Notes: generated by a model from the sequence alone, not told the origin. 64,000 nt of DNA from Candidatus Cloacimonadales bacterium (GCA_963662655.2 CAXXTU010000002.1:832001-896000); one strand, 5' to 3'. Shown: positions 47,871 to 57,403, numbered from the stretch's first letter. Translations and numbers: made by a program.

Positions 47871-48571
47871 TTTTCCTTCCCTTTTTTCATAGGAATTCGC
47901 AGTTCATATACAACGCCCGATTCGACGTTGTTCACGTCGAGCCGGGCGTTGATTTTCTTCGTATAGTATTTCGCCAGTCTCAGAGAATTGACCGGGTCTT
48001 TTTCGCTGTATTCTTCCGGAATCTCGTCAAGTGTCAGCAACGCCGCTACGGGAATCTGCTTCCCATCGTGGCTGATGCGGACAAGTGCGTCTCGTCCGTC
48101 CAATCCGGATTCGATGTTAATTGTTTTGTCATCGTCACACAAATCCAGTGCGTTTTCGAGAATCTCCACGACCGCATTCTGCAAATAGCATGGAATGGTA
48201 TCGATAATGATGGATTCCTGGAGGTTCAGGACGACATCGAGCCGATGCTTGTATTTCATGTTGGCCCGCATGAAGCTGTTGATCTTATCCAGAAGCTCTT
48301 TCAAGTCCATAACAAGCGGCTCGACGTTGGTATCCTTATCCACCATGAACGCTATGGAGGAGAGGATGTCATTGATGCTGTCGAGCTGTTTCGTGATTTG
48401 ATCAAGGCCCTTCAGGTCAGGCATTTTAAACGAAATCAGTTCAATCCTTCCCGTGATTCCCATGAGAGGGGTGTTCAGATTATGAATCACACCGGAAAGG
48501 ATTTTTCCGTACTTCGCCCATTTCCGTAAGTCTTCCAGTATGGCGCTGGCATCGGCTGTAATTTTGTCCAT
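47867..48571 (-). CDS. sensor-less histidine kinase-like protein with degenerate HATPase
   Basis: H-box IHNLNTPL; N-box EILENALD; G1 altered, G2 absent. Confidence 0.7.
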   Translation of the reverse strand: MDKITADASAILEDLRKWAKYGKILSGVIHNLNTPLMGITGRIELISFKMPDLKGLDQITKQLDSINDILSSIAFMVDKDTNVEPLVMDLKELLDKINSFMRANMKYKHRLDVVLNLQESIIIDTIPCYLQNAVVEILENALDLCDDDKTINIESGLDGRDALVRISHDGKQIPVAALLTLDEIPEEYSEKDPVNSLRLAKYYTKKINARLDVNNVESGVVYELRIPMKKGKEK

Positions 48572-48584
48572 TCAAACTCCGATA

Positions 48585-49805
48585 TTATTTTCCGTGACTT
48601 TCCATCTCTTCTCGAATTGCTTCAGCAAGGCGCTTGACGCCTTCGATATTCTTTTCGATCGACATGAACGAGAAGTTGATTCTCATGGTGTTCTTGCCTG
48701 ATCCATCGCAGTAGAAGTTCGATCCGACCACGAACGCGACTTTCTTCTTGATCGCTCTCATGAAGAGCTTCTCGGAATCCATCCATTCGGGGAGGGTCAT
48801 AAACAGGAACAGTCCACCTTCGGGACGTGTCCAAGTAACACCTTCGGGCATGTGTTTATCAAACTCTGCTAACATGATATCGCGTTTTTCACGATACATC
48901 TTAATAATTTTCTGGATACGCGGTCCTAAAAGGCCCTTTTCGATATAGCGAGCAGCAACGCGCTGCGTGAATGGCGTGGTGCAGAGGTCAACCGCCTGCT
49001 TGGCCACGATGAACTTGTCCAGTATCTTTTTGTCGGCGATGGTCCAGCCAATGCGAAATCCCGGGCAGAAAATCTTGGAGAAAGTACCGAGGTTGATCAC
49101 CTGACCTTTGTTGTCGAGCGCGTAGAAGGTTTTCAGGTGCTCGCCTTCAAAACGGAGCTCGTGGTATGGGCTGTCTTCGACGATCAGAATATCGTGTTCG
49201 TAAGCCAGTTCCAGGATTTTAATACGGCGGTCTTCCGGCATGGTGACGCCGGCAGGGTTCTGGAAATCCGGAATGGTGTAAATGAACTTCGCGCGTTCGC
49301 CGTTGGCGCGCAGCTCTTCAAGCGCTTCTTTCAGTTTGTCGAAGCGCATTCCGAATTCGTCGTGCTCCACACCCACGAATTTCGCGCCGTAGCTGTTGAA
49401 AGCGCTGAGTCCACCGAGATACGACGGCTTGCCGACGATAACCTTGTCGCCGCGATTGATGAAGATTTTGGCGAGAAGGTCGAGACCCTGCTGAGAAGCA
49501 GTGGTGATCAGAACGTTATCGATATCGATATCGAAACCTTCCGCGCGGTAGTTCTTCACGATCTGTTCGCGAAGAAGCTTGTCGCCTTCGGTTGCGCCGT
49601 ATTGCAGGGCAACCTGAGGTTCGTTCTCCATCACCTCGATCATCACGTCCTTCAATTCGCTGATCGGAAATGACTCTGGGGCGGGTAAACCGCCGGCGAA
49701 CGAGATAATCTCCGGGTCCGTTGCGAGCTTAAGAAGTTCGCGAATAGCCGAACGTTTCATTCCACGTGCATTTTCCGATATAACTGCCTCAAAATTCTTG
49801 ATCAT
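48585..49805 (-). CDS. PLP-dependent class I aminotransferase (LysN/2-aminoadipate transaminase-like)
   Basis: SAIRELLK, ISFAGGLP, FQNPAG, EDSPY, GTFSKIFCPGFRIGW. Confidence 0.9.
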   Translation of the reverse strand: MIKNFEAVISENARGMKRSAIRELLKLATDPEIISFAGGLPAPESFPISELKDVMIEVMENEPQVALQYGATEGDKLLREQIVKNYRAEGFDIDIDNVLITTASQQGLDLLAKIFINRGDKVIVGKPSYLGGLSAFNSYGAKFVGVEHDEFGMRFDKLKEALEELRANGERAKFIYTIPDFQNPAGVTMPEDRRIKILELAYEHDILIVEDSPYHELRFEGEHLKTFYALDNKGQVINLGTFSKIFCPGFRIGWTIADKKILDKFIVAKQAVDLCTTPFTQRVAARYIEKGLLGPRIQKIIKMYREKRDIMLAEFDKHMPEGVTWTRPEGGLFLFMTLPEWMDSEKLFMRAIKKKVAFVVGSNFYCDGSGKNTMRINFSFMSIEKNIEGVKRLAEAIREEMESHGK

Positions 49806-49857
49806 GATTCCTCCTTTTCGACCATGTCTATGTATTTTGTCATTATAATGCTCTCAT

Positions 49858-51165
49858 TTACAAGTGATCGACGCGATACGCCTCAATCTGCCTCTCGATG
49901 CTGGGAATGAATTCCCGCGGAACCGTGGCCACGATGCGAAAGACGCCTTTTTCCTCGTCGTACGCCTTCTCGTGAACCGTCGCGTTGTCGTACAGGAACG
50001 AAATGATGTTCTGCAACGCCACCGGGACTTCCAGTGTGATCTTTTTCTTTTGCTTTTCGATGAAGTAAAGGATTCGCTCCGTGAGCTCGTCCAGGTTTTC
50101 GTCGAACGCAGCCGAGATGAATACCGCATGCGGATAGATGCCCAGAAGCTTCTTCTTCAGGAAGGCTAGCTGAACCGTCTTGAGCCTGTCCGTTTTGTTG
50201 AACACCATCAGGATATTCTTGCCGTCGACCTTGAGTTCCTTAAGGACGTTCTCCACCGAATGGATGTAATCCATGATCACCGGATTGGAGATATCCACCA
50301 CGTGCATCAGCAAATCGGCTTCGTCAACTTCGATCAGCGTCGAGTGGAACGCTGAAACAAGTGTGTGGGGAAGCTTGTCGATGAAACCGATCGTGTCGGT
50401 CACAATTACGTTTTCGCGCCCTTCCATGAAAAGCGCTCTGGAGGTGGCATCCAGCGTGGCGAAAAGCTTATCCGCCGTGTAGATATCCTCCTTCGTCAAT
50501 CGATTGAACAGCGTGGATTTCCCCGCGTTCGTGTAGCCCACCAGCGATATCGAGAGGTAATCGCTGCGCTTGCTTCGCTTGACGAGCGTCTCCTTCTCGA
50601 TGACCTTGAGCTGGTCCTTCAAGATCGTGATCTTCTTTTTGATTTCCCGGCGGTCGACCTCGATCTGCTTTTCGCCGGGGCCGCGTGTTCCGATACCGCC
50701 CTGAATGCGGGAAAGGTGCTGCCAGAGGTTCCGCAGCTTCGAGTAGTTGTATTCGAGCTGCGCAAGCTCAACCTGGCATTTCGCTTGCTTGGTTCGTGCG
50801 TGGAGCGCGAAGATATCGAGGATCAGCTCAGTGCGGTCCACTACGTTGCAATGCGTCATCTTGGCGATGTTCCTTGCCTGAGCCGGTGTCAGATTGTCGT
50901 TGAAAACCAGCGTTCCCACGCTCTGGCGATCCGCTTCTGCCTTGATCTCCTCGACCTTGCCTTTTCCAATGAAGGTGGCGGGAACCGGTCTGCTCCGACC
51001 CTGAACAAAGGTGTCGACAACTTCCGCTTCGGCCGTGTCGGCAAGCCGGGCCAGCTCCTCCATGGAAAGCGCGTAGGCTTCCTTCGTAGTGGAAGAGGAT
51101 TGCACGCCAATCAGAAAGACGCGCTCTTTTTTCTTTTCAGTATCTAAAAAGTTCGATTCTTTTAT
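49858..51165 (-). CDS. hflX: ribosome-splitting GTPase HflX (probable ATA start at 51165)
   Basis: ILDIFALHART, RGPGEKQIEVDRR, GYTNAGKS, LFATLD, DTIGF, NKTD; the frame extends upstream through ERVFLIGV. Confidence 0.93.
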   Translation of the reverse strand: MKESNFLDTEKKKERVFLIGVQSSSTTKEAYALSMEELARLADTAEAEVVDTFVQGRSRPVPATFIGKGKVEEIKAEADRQSVGTLVFNDNLTPAQARNIAKMTHCNVVDRTELILDIFALHARTKQAKCQVELAQLEYNYSKLRNLWQHLSRIQGGIGTRGPGEKQIEVDRREIKKKITILKDQLKVIEKETLVKRSKRSDYLSISLVGYTNAGKSTLFNRLTKEDIYTADKLFATLDATSRALFMEGRENVIVTDTIGFIDKLPHTLVSAFHSTLIEVDEADLLMHVVDISNPVIMDYIHSVENVLKELKVDGKNILMVFNKTDRLKTVQLAFLKKKLLGIYPHAVFISAAFDENLDELTERILYFIEKQKKKITLEVPVALQNIISFLYDNATVHEKAYDEEKGVFRIVATVPREFIPSIERQIEAYRVDHL

Positions 51166-51461
51166 TCTTCCTCCGAACTGCTGTAAACCAGCACCTTCTT
51201 GTTTTTCTTTCGCCAGTCGAGATAGGCCTGGCGGATTTCGAGCAACCAGAGCGTCTCCCTGTTTTCATTCTCGAAAGTAACGATATCGAGATGATGGAAC
51301 TTGCCTACCTTCCCCTTGAAGCTTTTCTGAGGGAGCTCGACAACGACCTGGCCGTTTTTGCGTAAAATTGTTATTTCATTGAGAAATACGCCCGGGGCGA
51401 TTTCAACGATTGCCCGAGCTTCAACAGAACCCGAGCTAACATCTCTGAATTTTATATCCAT
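51162..51461 (-). CDS. hypothetical protein, SpoVG-like
   Basis: FLNEITILRKNGQVVVELPQK..HLDIV resembles the SpoVG strand pattern. Confidence 0.5.
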   Translation of the reverse strand: MDIKFRDVSSGSVEARAIVEIAPGVFLNEITILRKNGQVVVELPQKSFKGKVGKFHHLDIVTFENENRETLWLLEIRQAYLDWRKKNKKVLVYSSSEEE

Positions 51462-51750
51462 AAAACCTCTCACTTCTTCACGGTTACATGTTCAACACTG
51501 GATTTCACTTTTGTCAAAGGAAATCTGCACAAATGGGATTGACGGTAGTTATTTTAGTAAGTTACGAGCATATTCGGCAGATTTCACAATTGTGTATTCG
51601 CATAGCTATTTTATTTATTCATAATATATTACAAGTATAAGCAAATTTCGTGGATTGCGTTTCTCGATTCAGGATTTTTTTTCTGAAGTTTTATGCAAAT
51701 CGATTTCCATTGCTTCCTGTAATAAATAATGAATATTTCAACGAATAATC

Positions 51751-52716
51751 TCAGCCAACCACTCCCGCCTGAATCAGATCGTGCATGTGCAGCATGCCGA
51801 CCTGCCTTCCATCGTCGTCGACAACGGGGAGCATGGTGATCTTGTTGTCTTCCATCATATTCAGGGCATCCACAGCGAACGTCGCGGGATGGAGGCGCTT
51901 CGGTCGGGCTGTCATGCACTCGACCGCCTTGAATTGCAGGACGTTGCCGCCCTTCTGCATGATCCTGCGAAGGTCGCCGTCGGTGATGATCCCAAGGAGT
52001 TTGTCGTCTTCATCGACGATTCCCGTACATCCCAAGCCTTTAGCGGTCATTTCGACGATCACCTCCTGCATGGAGACGCCGGAATCCACTTTTGGGTTGC
52101 GCTCGCCGGTGTGCATGAGGTCCTCCACGCGCAGCAGCAGCTTTTTCCCGATGGTTCCGCCCGGGTGGAATCTCGCGTAATCCTCCTCGGAGAAATCGCG
52201 CTTTCGCAGCAGCGCAATCGCGATGGCGTCGCCCATCGCCAGGGCAACGGTCGTGCTGGAGGTCGGGACGAGTCCCAGCGGCTCATATTCCTTGGGAACG
52301 CCGCAGTCGATGACCACGTCGGAGGCTTCCGCGAGCCGTGACTCGAGATTGCCGGTGAAGGCGATGATGGGAACCTTGAGGAACTTCATGTATGGCAAAA
52401 TGGAAACCAGTTCCTGCGTGTTGCCGGTGTTCGAAATGGCGATGACCACGTCGTCGCGACTCAGCATTCCCAGATCGCCATGCAAGCCTTCGGCAGCGTG
52501 CAGGAAGATGGCTGTCGAGCCGGTGCTGGCGAGTGTCGCCGCTACTTTCCGGGCGATGATACCCGTCTTCCCCATGCCGGTGACAACGATTTTTCCCCGG
52601 CAGTTCTGGAGGAGCTTTACGGCCTTTTCGACGTTTTCGCCAAGTCGCTCGGAAGCCATGCGGATCGCTTCGGCCTCGAGGTTCAGTTCCTTGCGGATGG
52701 TTTCCAGTATGTTCAT
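51751..52716 (-). CDS. kdsD: arabinose-5-phosphate isomerase (KpsF/GutQ; SIS + 2 CBS)
   Basis: TGMGKTG, HGDLG, PTSST, FHPGG and TDGDLRR motifs. Confidence 0.93.
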   Translation of the reverse strand: MNILETIRKELNLEAEAIRMASERLGENVEKAVKLLQNCRGKIVVTGMGKTGIIARKVAATLASTGSTAIFLHAAEGLHGDLGMLSRDDVVIAISNTGNTQELVSILPYMKFLKVPIIAFTGNLESRLAEASDVVIDCGVPKEYEPLGLVPTSSTTVALAMGDAIAIALLRKRDFSEEDYARFHPGGTIGKKLLLRVEDLMHTGERNPKVDSGVSMQEVIVEMTAKGLGCTGIVDEDDKLLGIITDGDLRRIMQKGGNVLQFKAVECMTARPKRLHPATFAVDALNMMEDNKITMLPVVDDDGRQVGMLHMHDLIQAGVVG

Positions 52717-52759
52717 GTAATCTCCGTTATGCCTAATTATTCAATCACTTACACTGCTT

Positions 52760-53021
52760 GTCCTTCGACTCTGTGCAGGATGATACAATGCAACCGATTC
52801 CATTCCATTCGACTCCGCTCAGGATGACAGGGAAGGAATGTGAGATTCCCTCATGGTGACATGGAAGAAATGCTCGACTCCCTCGGGGTGATAAATATTA
52901 GGAAATCCCTCACGGAATTGAAGGGATTTCTTCTTACTGCCATCCTGTTATCTTCTTGCTGTCATCCTGTTTTCTTCTTGCTGTCATCCTGAGCGGAGTC
53001 GAAGGACAAGCAAGAAGAAAA
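52760..53021. repeat. REP-like cluster downstream of the GIY-YIG gene
   Basis: Copies at 52760, 52808 and 52982, degenerate copies between them, and 22-bp tandem half-units from ~52927. Confidence 0.88.
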
Positions 53022-53022
53022 T

Positions 53023-53345
53023 TCATTCTGCTCCAACTTTCCCAAAATTCCTCGCGTTTGTCTCATTCTTGCATTCAGCCAAATCTTTGAGGAGATCGAA
53101 ATCGTTTGCGATCAACGCCTCTTTCTTCCTCCGAGTCCACCCCTTCACTTGCCCTTCAGCCGAGATCGCATCCCAAACATGCTGAAAATCCTGAGAGAAA
53201 ACAAGTTCGACAGGCTTCCGCTTACTTGTGTAGCCGCCTACAATACCAAGATTATGTTGGGAAATCCTTTCTCCAAATCACTTGTCGTGCCCGTGTAGTA
53301 CGATCCATCAGAGCATCTAACAATATACATCCAATAGCTTTTCAT
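53023..53345 (-). pseudogene. GIY-YIG nuclease (YhbQ/UPF0213-like), single frameshift near 53268
   Basis: MKSYWMYIVRCSDGSYYTGTTSDLEK / RISQHNLGIVGGYTSKRKPVELVFSQDFQHVWDAISAEGQVKGWTRRKKEALI...*; one added A restores a 107-aa ORF. Confidence 0.9.
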
Positions 53346-53397
53346 ACTTTGATCCTGGTATGTAGTACTTCTGCTTTCCTTGAACAAGAAGAAGAGA

Positions 53398-53561
53398 GTC
53401 CTTCGACTACGCTCAGGATGACAGGGGAGAAATGCACGACTCTCTCATGGTGAGTCCTTCGACTACGCTCAGGATGAAGAGAAACACTCTCGACTTCCTC
53501 ATAAAATAACAGAAAACACTCCCATCGCCCTTCGACTCCGTCCAAGGTGGCAATGGGAGTG
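53398..53561. repeat. REP-like cluster upstream of the GIY-YIG gene, including a REP-containing hairpin after thrS
   Basis: gtccttcgactacgctcaggatga at 53398 and 53454; acactcccat..cttcgactccg..atgggagtgt at ~53516-53562. Confidence 0.85.
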
Positions 53562-53575
53562 TATAGCGTCGTATG

Positions 53576-55519
53576 TTAACCCTTCAGGCTCTTGATGTCT
53601 GCTTCGATCTTCTCGATCGCCTTGTCTATCTCGAACGATCCGACATCGCCTTCACCGTGGCGCCGGACGGATACGGTGCTCGTATCCTCTTCCCGCTGCC
53701 CCATGATGAACATGTAGGGTATCTTCTTCAGTTCCGCGTCGCGAATCTTGTAGCCGATCTTCTCGTTGCGGAGATCGATCTGTGCGCGAATTCCGGCTTT
53801 CTTCAGCTTCTTCAGCACCAGATCGCCGTAATGCTCGAAGTTCTCCGAGATCGGAATCACCATCACCTGAACCGGGCAAAGCCAGGTCGGGAAATTCCCC
53901 GCGTGGTACTCGATCAGCGTTCCGAAGAACCTTTCGAGCGATCCGAGCAGCGCGCGGTGTATCATGAACGGTCGGTGCGACTGGTTGTCCGCGCCGATGT
54001 ATTCCATGTCGAAACGCTGCGGCAGATTGAAATCGAACTGGATGGTGCTGAGCTGCCACAGGCGTCCGAGCGAGTCCTTGATCTTGATGTCGATCTTCGG
54101 GCCGTAGAACGCTCCACCGCCTTCATCGACATCGTAATCGATCTTCGCTTCCTCGAGCGCGAGCTTGAGAGCGTCCTGCGCCTTGATCCAGTCGGATTCC
54201 TCGCCCACCGATTTCTCCGGTTTCGTGGAGAGGTATATCTTGAATTCCTCGAATCCGAACGCCCTGAGCATCGAAAGCGAGAAATCCAGGAGCTTCACGA
54301 CTTCTTCGTTCATCTGCCCTTCCGTGCAGATGATGTGCGCGTCGTCCTGGGTAAATCCGCGAACGCGCAGCAATCCGTGAAGTGTCCCGGAGCGTTCGTA
54401 GCGATAGACGGTTCCCATCTCCGCATAGCGAACCGGGAGCTCGCGGTAGCTGCGAAGGCTCGATTTATAGATCATGATGTGGAAGGGGCAGTTCATCGGT
54501 TTGAGATAGTAGTCCTGACCTTCCACCTCGATCGGCGCGTACATCGATTCCGAGTAGAAACCGAGGTGGCCGCTGGTCTTCCATAGGTCGCTGCGCCCGA
54601 TGTGAGGCGTATTCACGAGCTGGTAGTCCGCATCGAAGTGGCGATCTTTCCAGTATTGCTCGATGATGGCACGCATCATGGCTCCATTCGGATGCCAGAG
54701 CACGAGTCCCGCTCCAATCTCGTCCGAGATGGAGAAGAGATCGAGCTCTTTGCCGATCTTGCGATGATCGCGTTTCTTTGCCTCTTCCAGATCCGAGAGG
54801 TACTGCTTCAGCTCTTTCTTAGTGGGGAACGCGATGCCGTAGATGCGCTTGAGCATCTTGTTGCGCTCATCGCCGTGCCAGTATGCGCCCGATGTTTTCA
54901 GAAGCTTGATCGCCTTTATCTTGCCTGTGTGAAGAACGTGCGGGCCGCGGCACAGGTCGGTGAAATCTCCCTGCGAGTAGACCGATATCGTTTCGCCTTC
55001 GGGAAGGGCCTGGATCAATTCGACCTTGTATGGCTCGTCCATCTTCTTGAAGAGGTCGAGCGCTTCTTCGCGACTCACGACCTTACGCTGGTAAGGGAAT
55101 TTCTCCTTGGCGAGTTCTTTCATGCGCTCTTCGATCTGTTCCAGTTCCTCGTCGGTAAAAGCCTGTTCGCGATCGAAATCGTAATAAAACCCGTTCTCGA
55201 TGGACGGTCCGATACCGACTTTCACGTCCGGGAACAACTGTTTCACGGCCTGGGCCATGAGGTGTGAAGCACTGTGCCAGTAAATATCTTTACCCTTATC
55301 GCTTTCGAAGGTGTAGAAAAGGATTACCGCATCATCTACGATGGGTTGCATCATATCGACAAGCTTGTTATTCGCTTCGGCCGCAATTGCCCGAAGCGCG
55401 AAATTCTCGTTGATTCCTTCCGCGATTTCCAGAGGCGTTACTCCGGAATCGAATTCCTTTATGTTTCCATCAGGGAAAGTGATCTTTATCTTCTTTGGTT
55501 CTTCATTAGCCTTTGTCAT
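53576..55519 (-). CDS. thrS: threonine--tRNA ligase
   Basis: TGS domain, DLCRGPH, RDHRKIG, KPMNCP, RVRGFTQDDAH, AFYGPK. Confidence 0.99.
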   Translation of the reverse strand: MTKANEEPKKIKITFPDGNIKEFDSGVTPLEIAEGINENFALRAIAAEANNKLVDMMQPIVDDAVILFYTFESDKGKDIYWHSASHLMAQAVKQLFPDVKVGIGPSIENGFYYDFDREQAFTDEELEQIEERMKELAKEKFPYQRKVVSREEALDLFKKMDEPYKVELIQALPEGETISVYSQGDFTDLCRGPHVLHTGKIKAIKLLKTSGAYWHGDERNKMLKRIYGIAFPTKKELKQYLSDLEEAKKRDHRKIGKELDLFSISDEIGAGLVLWHPNGAMMRAIIEQYWKDRHFDADYQLVNTPHIGRSDLWKTSGHLGFYSESMYAPIEVEGQDYYLKPMNCPFHIMIYKSSLRSYRELPVRYAEMGTVYRYERSGTLHGLLRVRGFTQDDAHIICTEGQMNEEVVKLLDFSLSMLRAFGFEEFKIYLSTKPEKSVGEESDWIKAQDALKLALEEAKIDYDVDEGGGAFYGPKIDIKIKDSLGRLWQLSTIQFDFNLPQRFDMEYIGADNQSHRPFMIHRALLGSLERFFGTLIEYHAGNFPTWLCPVQVMVIPISENFEHYGDLVLKKLKKAGIRAQIDLRNEKIGYKIRDAELKKIPYMFIMGQREEDTSTVSVRRHGEGDVGSFEIDKAIEKIEADIKSLKG

Positions 55520-55565
55520 GGTGTCCTCTTTCTATTCTTTTTCAATACAATCTAATCGGGATTTC

Positions 55566-57011
55566 CTAAAACACTTCCGCCCGTTTCCGAATCCAGGAAA
55601 TCAGCCAGACGATGCCGATGATCAACAGAACCATGCCCAAAATCACCAGCAATTCGAGACGGTAACTATGTTCCTGAACCTTTTTGTGGCTGGAACCGCT
55701 GCTTCCTGATTGCTTTCCGCTCTCGCGCAAATCCTGAGCGATCCTGTCCGCGGCTTTGTCCAGTGCATCCTGCGGACTAAGCACGCCGCGCAGAACCTTT
55801 TCAATTACGTTCTCTTCCAGATGCTTCCGGGCAGAATACCATTCCGCGATCGGTGGCTCGAACGTCGAGTAATTCAACTGATCGTACACCGCCGCGATCT
55901 CGGGATATGTCTCCATTCTTTCTTTCAGAACCGGCTCTTCGAATGCGCTCTTGCGCACCGGCATGTAGTAGGTCATATCCGACCATCTGGCCGTCTGTGG
56001 TGCGTCGGTAAACCATTTCACGAATTCCCATGCCGCTTTTTCCACTTCTGGATCCGGACCCTTGAAAATCACAACGTTCGTTCCGCTGATGATGTTCCGC
56101 TTCGTTTCGCGAACCGGAATTGGGCCGATACCCATGTAGAAGTTAATGCCCGTCAACTGGAGGTACGCCATCGACACGCTGGAGCCTTCCACCATCGCCA
56201 CCTTGCCGGCCAGGAAATCGTTCTGGCCTTCGTAACCGGTGGAGAGGTATGCTGAATGGTCCTCATTGAGCAGCGCGGACAGGAAATTTAGCGCTTCCAC
56301 GCCAGGTTCCTGATTGAACAGAGGGGTCATGCTGTCGGGACTCATGACTTCCCCGCCTGCCTGCAGTAGCAAGTTTTCGAACTGCCACGCACTCACGGGG
56401 AACGTAGTCCCATAGACCTCCGGAACGCCATCGTTGTCTTCGTCAACCGTCAGTTTCCGGCAGTACTCTCTGAACTCATCCCACGTCTGCGGACACGAGT
56501 ACGGATCAAGTCCATGCTGGAAAAAGGCGTCACGGTTGTAGTACATTACACGTACACTTTTATTGAACGGGAAAGCCCACAGCCTCCCGTCGAATGTGTT
56601 GCTCTTGATGAATACGGGATAAATGTCATCCAGCGTCGCCCGGAAAGCGGGATCGTTCTCAATGAACGAATCCATGGCTACAAGCTTGTCAGCTTCCATG
56701 AAATTGGCAATCCACGATTCGAACGCTTGCGCGATATCCGGCTGTTCATCCGCCTGGATACTCGCCATCAACTTTGTCGAAAGCGCCGAGTAGTTACCCA
56801 TGTTGATCGCCTTGATGTGGATATTCGGATGCGTGCTGTTGAAATCCTCAACCAGCTCGATCAGCGCGTCGCCCAGAGGACCGCCCATCGCATGCCAGAA
56901 AACCACCTCTGTCTGCTTCTTCGGCTGCGCACAGATAAACACCGTCAGCGACACGATGGTGAGAGACAGTAAAACCTTCTTCCATTGGATGCCAATATTC
57001 ATTCTTTGCAT
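55566..57011 (-). CDS. carbohydrate/glycerol-3-phosphate-type ABC substrate-binding protein with extra C-terminal TM
   Basis: FWHAMGG, PFNKS, PQTWDE and YMPVRKSA motifs (UgpB-like); C-terminal hydrophobic helix. Confidence 0.85.
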   Translation of the reverse strand: MQRMNIGIQWKKVLLSLTIVSLTVFICAQPKKQTEVVFWHAMGGPLGDALIELVEDFNSTHPNIHIKAINMGNYSALSTKLMASIQADEQPDIAQAFESWIANFMEADKLVAMDSFIENDPAFRATLDDIYPVFIKSNTFDGRLWAFPFNKSVRVMYYNRDAFFQHGLDPYSCPQTWDEFREYCRKLTVDEDNDGVPEVYGTTFPVSAWQFENLLLQAGGEVMSPDSMTPLFNQEPGVEALNFLSALLNEDHSAYLSTGYEGQNDFLAGKVAMVEGSSVSMAYLQLTGINFYMGIGPIPVRETKRNIISGTNVVIFKGPDPEVEKAAWEFVKWFTDAPQTARWSDMTYYMPVRKSAFEEPVLKERMETYPEIAAVYDQLNYSTFEPPIAEWYSARKHLEENVIEKVLRGVLSPQDALDKAADRIAQDLRESGKQSGSSGSSHKKVQEHSYRLELLVILGMVLLIIGIVWLISWIRKRAEVF

Positions 57012-57133
57012 GAGATTTCTCCCAATATAACGTTTGCGCGTAAAGTAGAATCGGCTCCAGCGGCGTCAATGAATTTTTCGGTTAGGATTTTATCGGAAGA
57101 AACGGTAAAATTCGAATTCGTACGCCCGATTCA

Positions 57134-57318
57134 GCGGCGGGGCGGCGCGTGGGCGTTCGCCCACAGAACGTTTTGCAGGCATATCGATGGTAAATTGCCG
57201 CCTGCAAAACGTTCCCGGAAGCCTCACAGACAATCGGCTGTGCCAACCGGACAACGTCCCGAAAACCATTGCAAGTCTCACATACAGTGAACGACGGCTT
57301 CCGGCGCCGCCCCGCCGC
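57134..57318. ncRNA. candidate ~185-nt structured ncRNA or palindromic element
   Basis: 15-bp GC closing helix enclosing 7-, 15- and 9-bp perfect helices. Confidence 0.5.
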
Positions 57319-57352
57319 GGGAGCTAGGCTGATTCCGGATTGTGCGCGGAGT

Positions 57353-57382
57353 AAAAAAAAGGACGATCATCCGATCGTCCTT
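57353..57382 (-). terminator. intrinsic terminator of rocD
   Basis: aaggacgatc/gatcgtcctt stem plus U8 on the minus strand. Confidence 0.88.
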
Positions 57383-57403
57383 CAAAATTAATACAGTATA
57401 CGC

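Noticed and set aside
53260..53275. Programmed -1 frameshift in the GIY-YIG gene
   Set aside because: No canonical X-XXY-YYZ slippery heptamer; a 1-nt deletion or assembly error is simpler
53106..53545. ORFs 53106-53453 and 53342-53545
   Set aside because: Antisense to the GIY-YIG gene or translations of REP sequence (ILSVVEG, STTLRMT)
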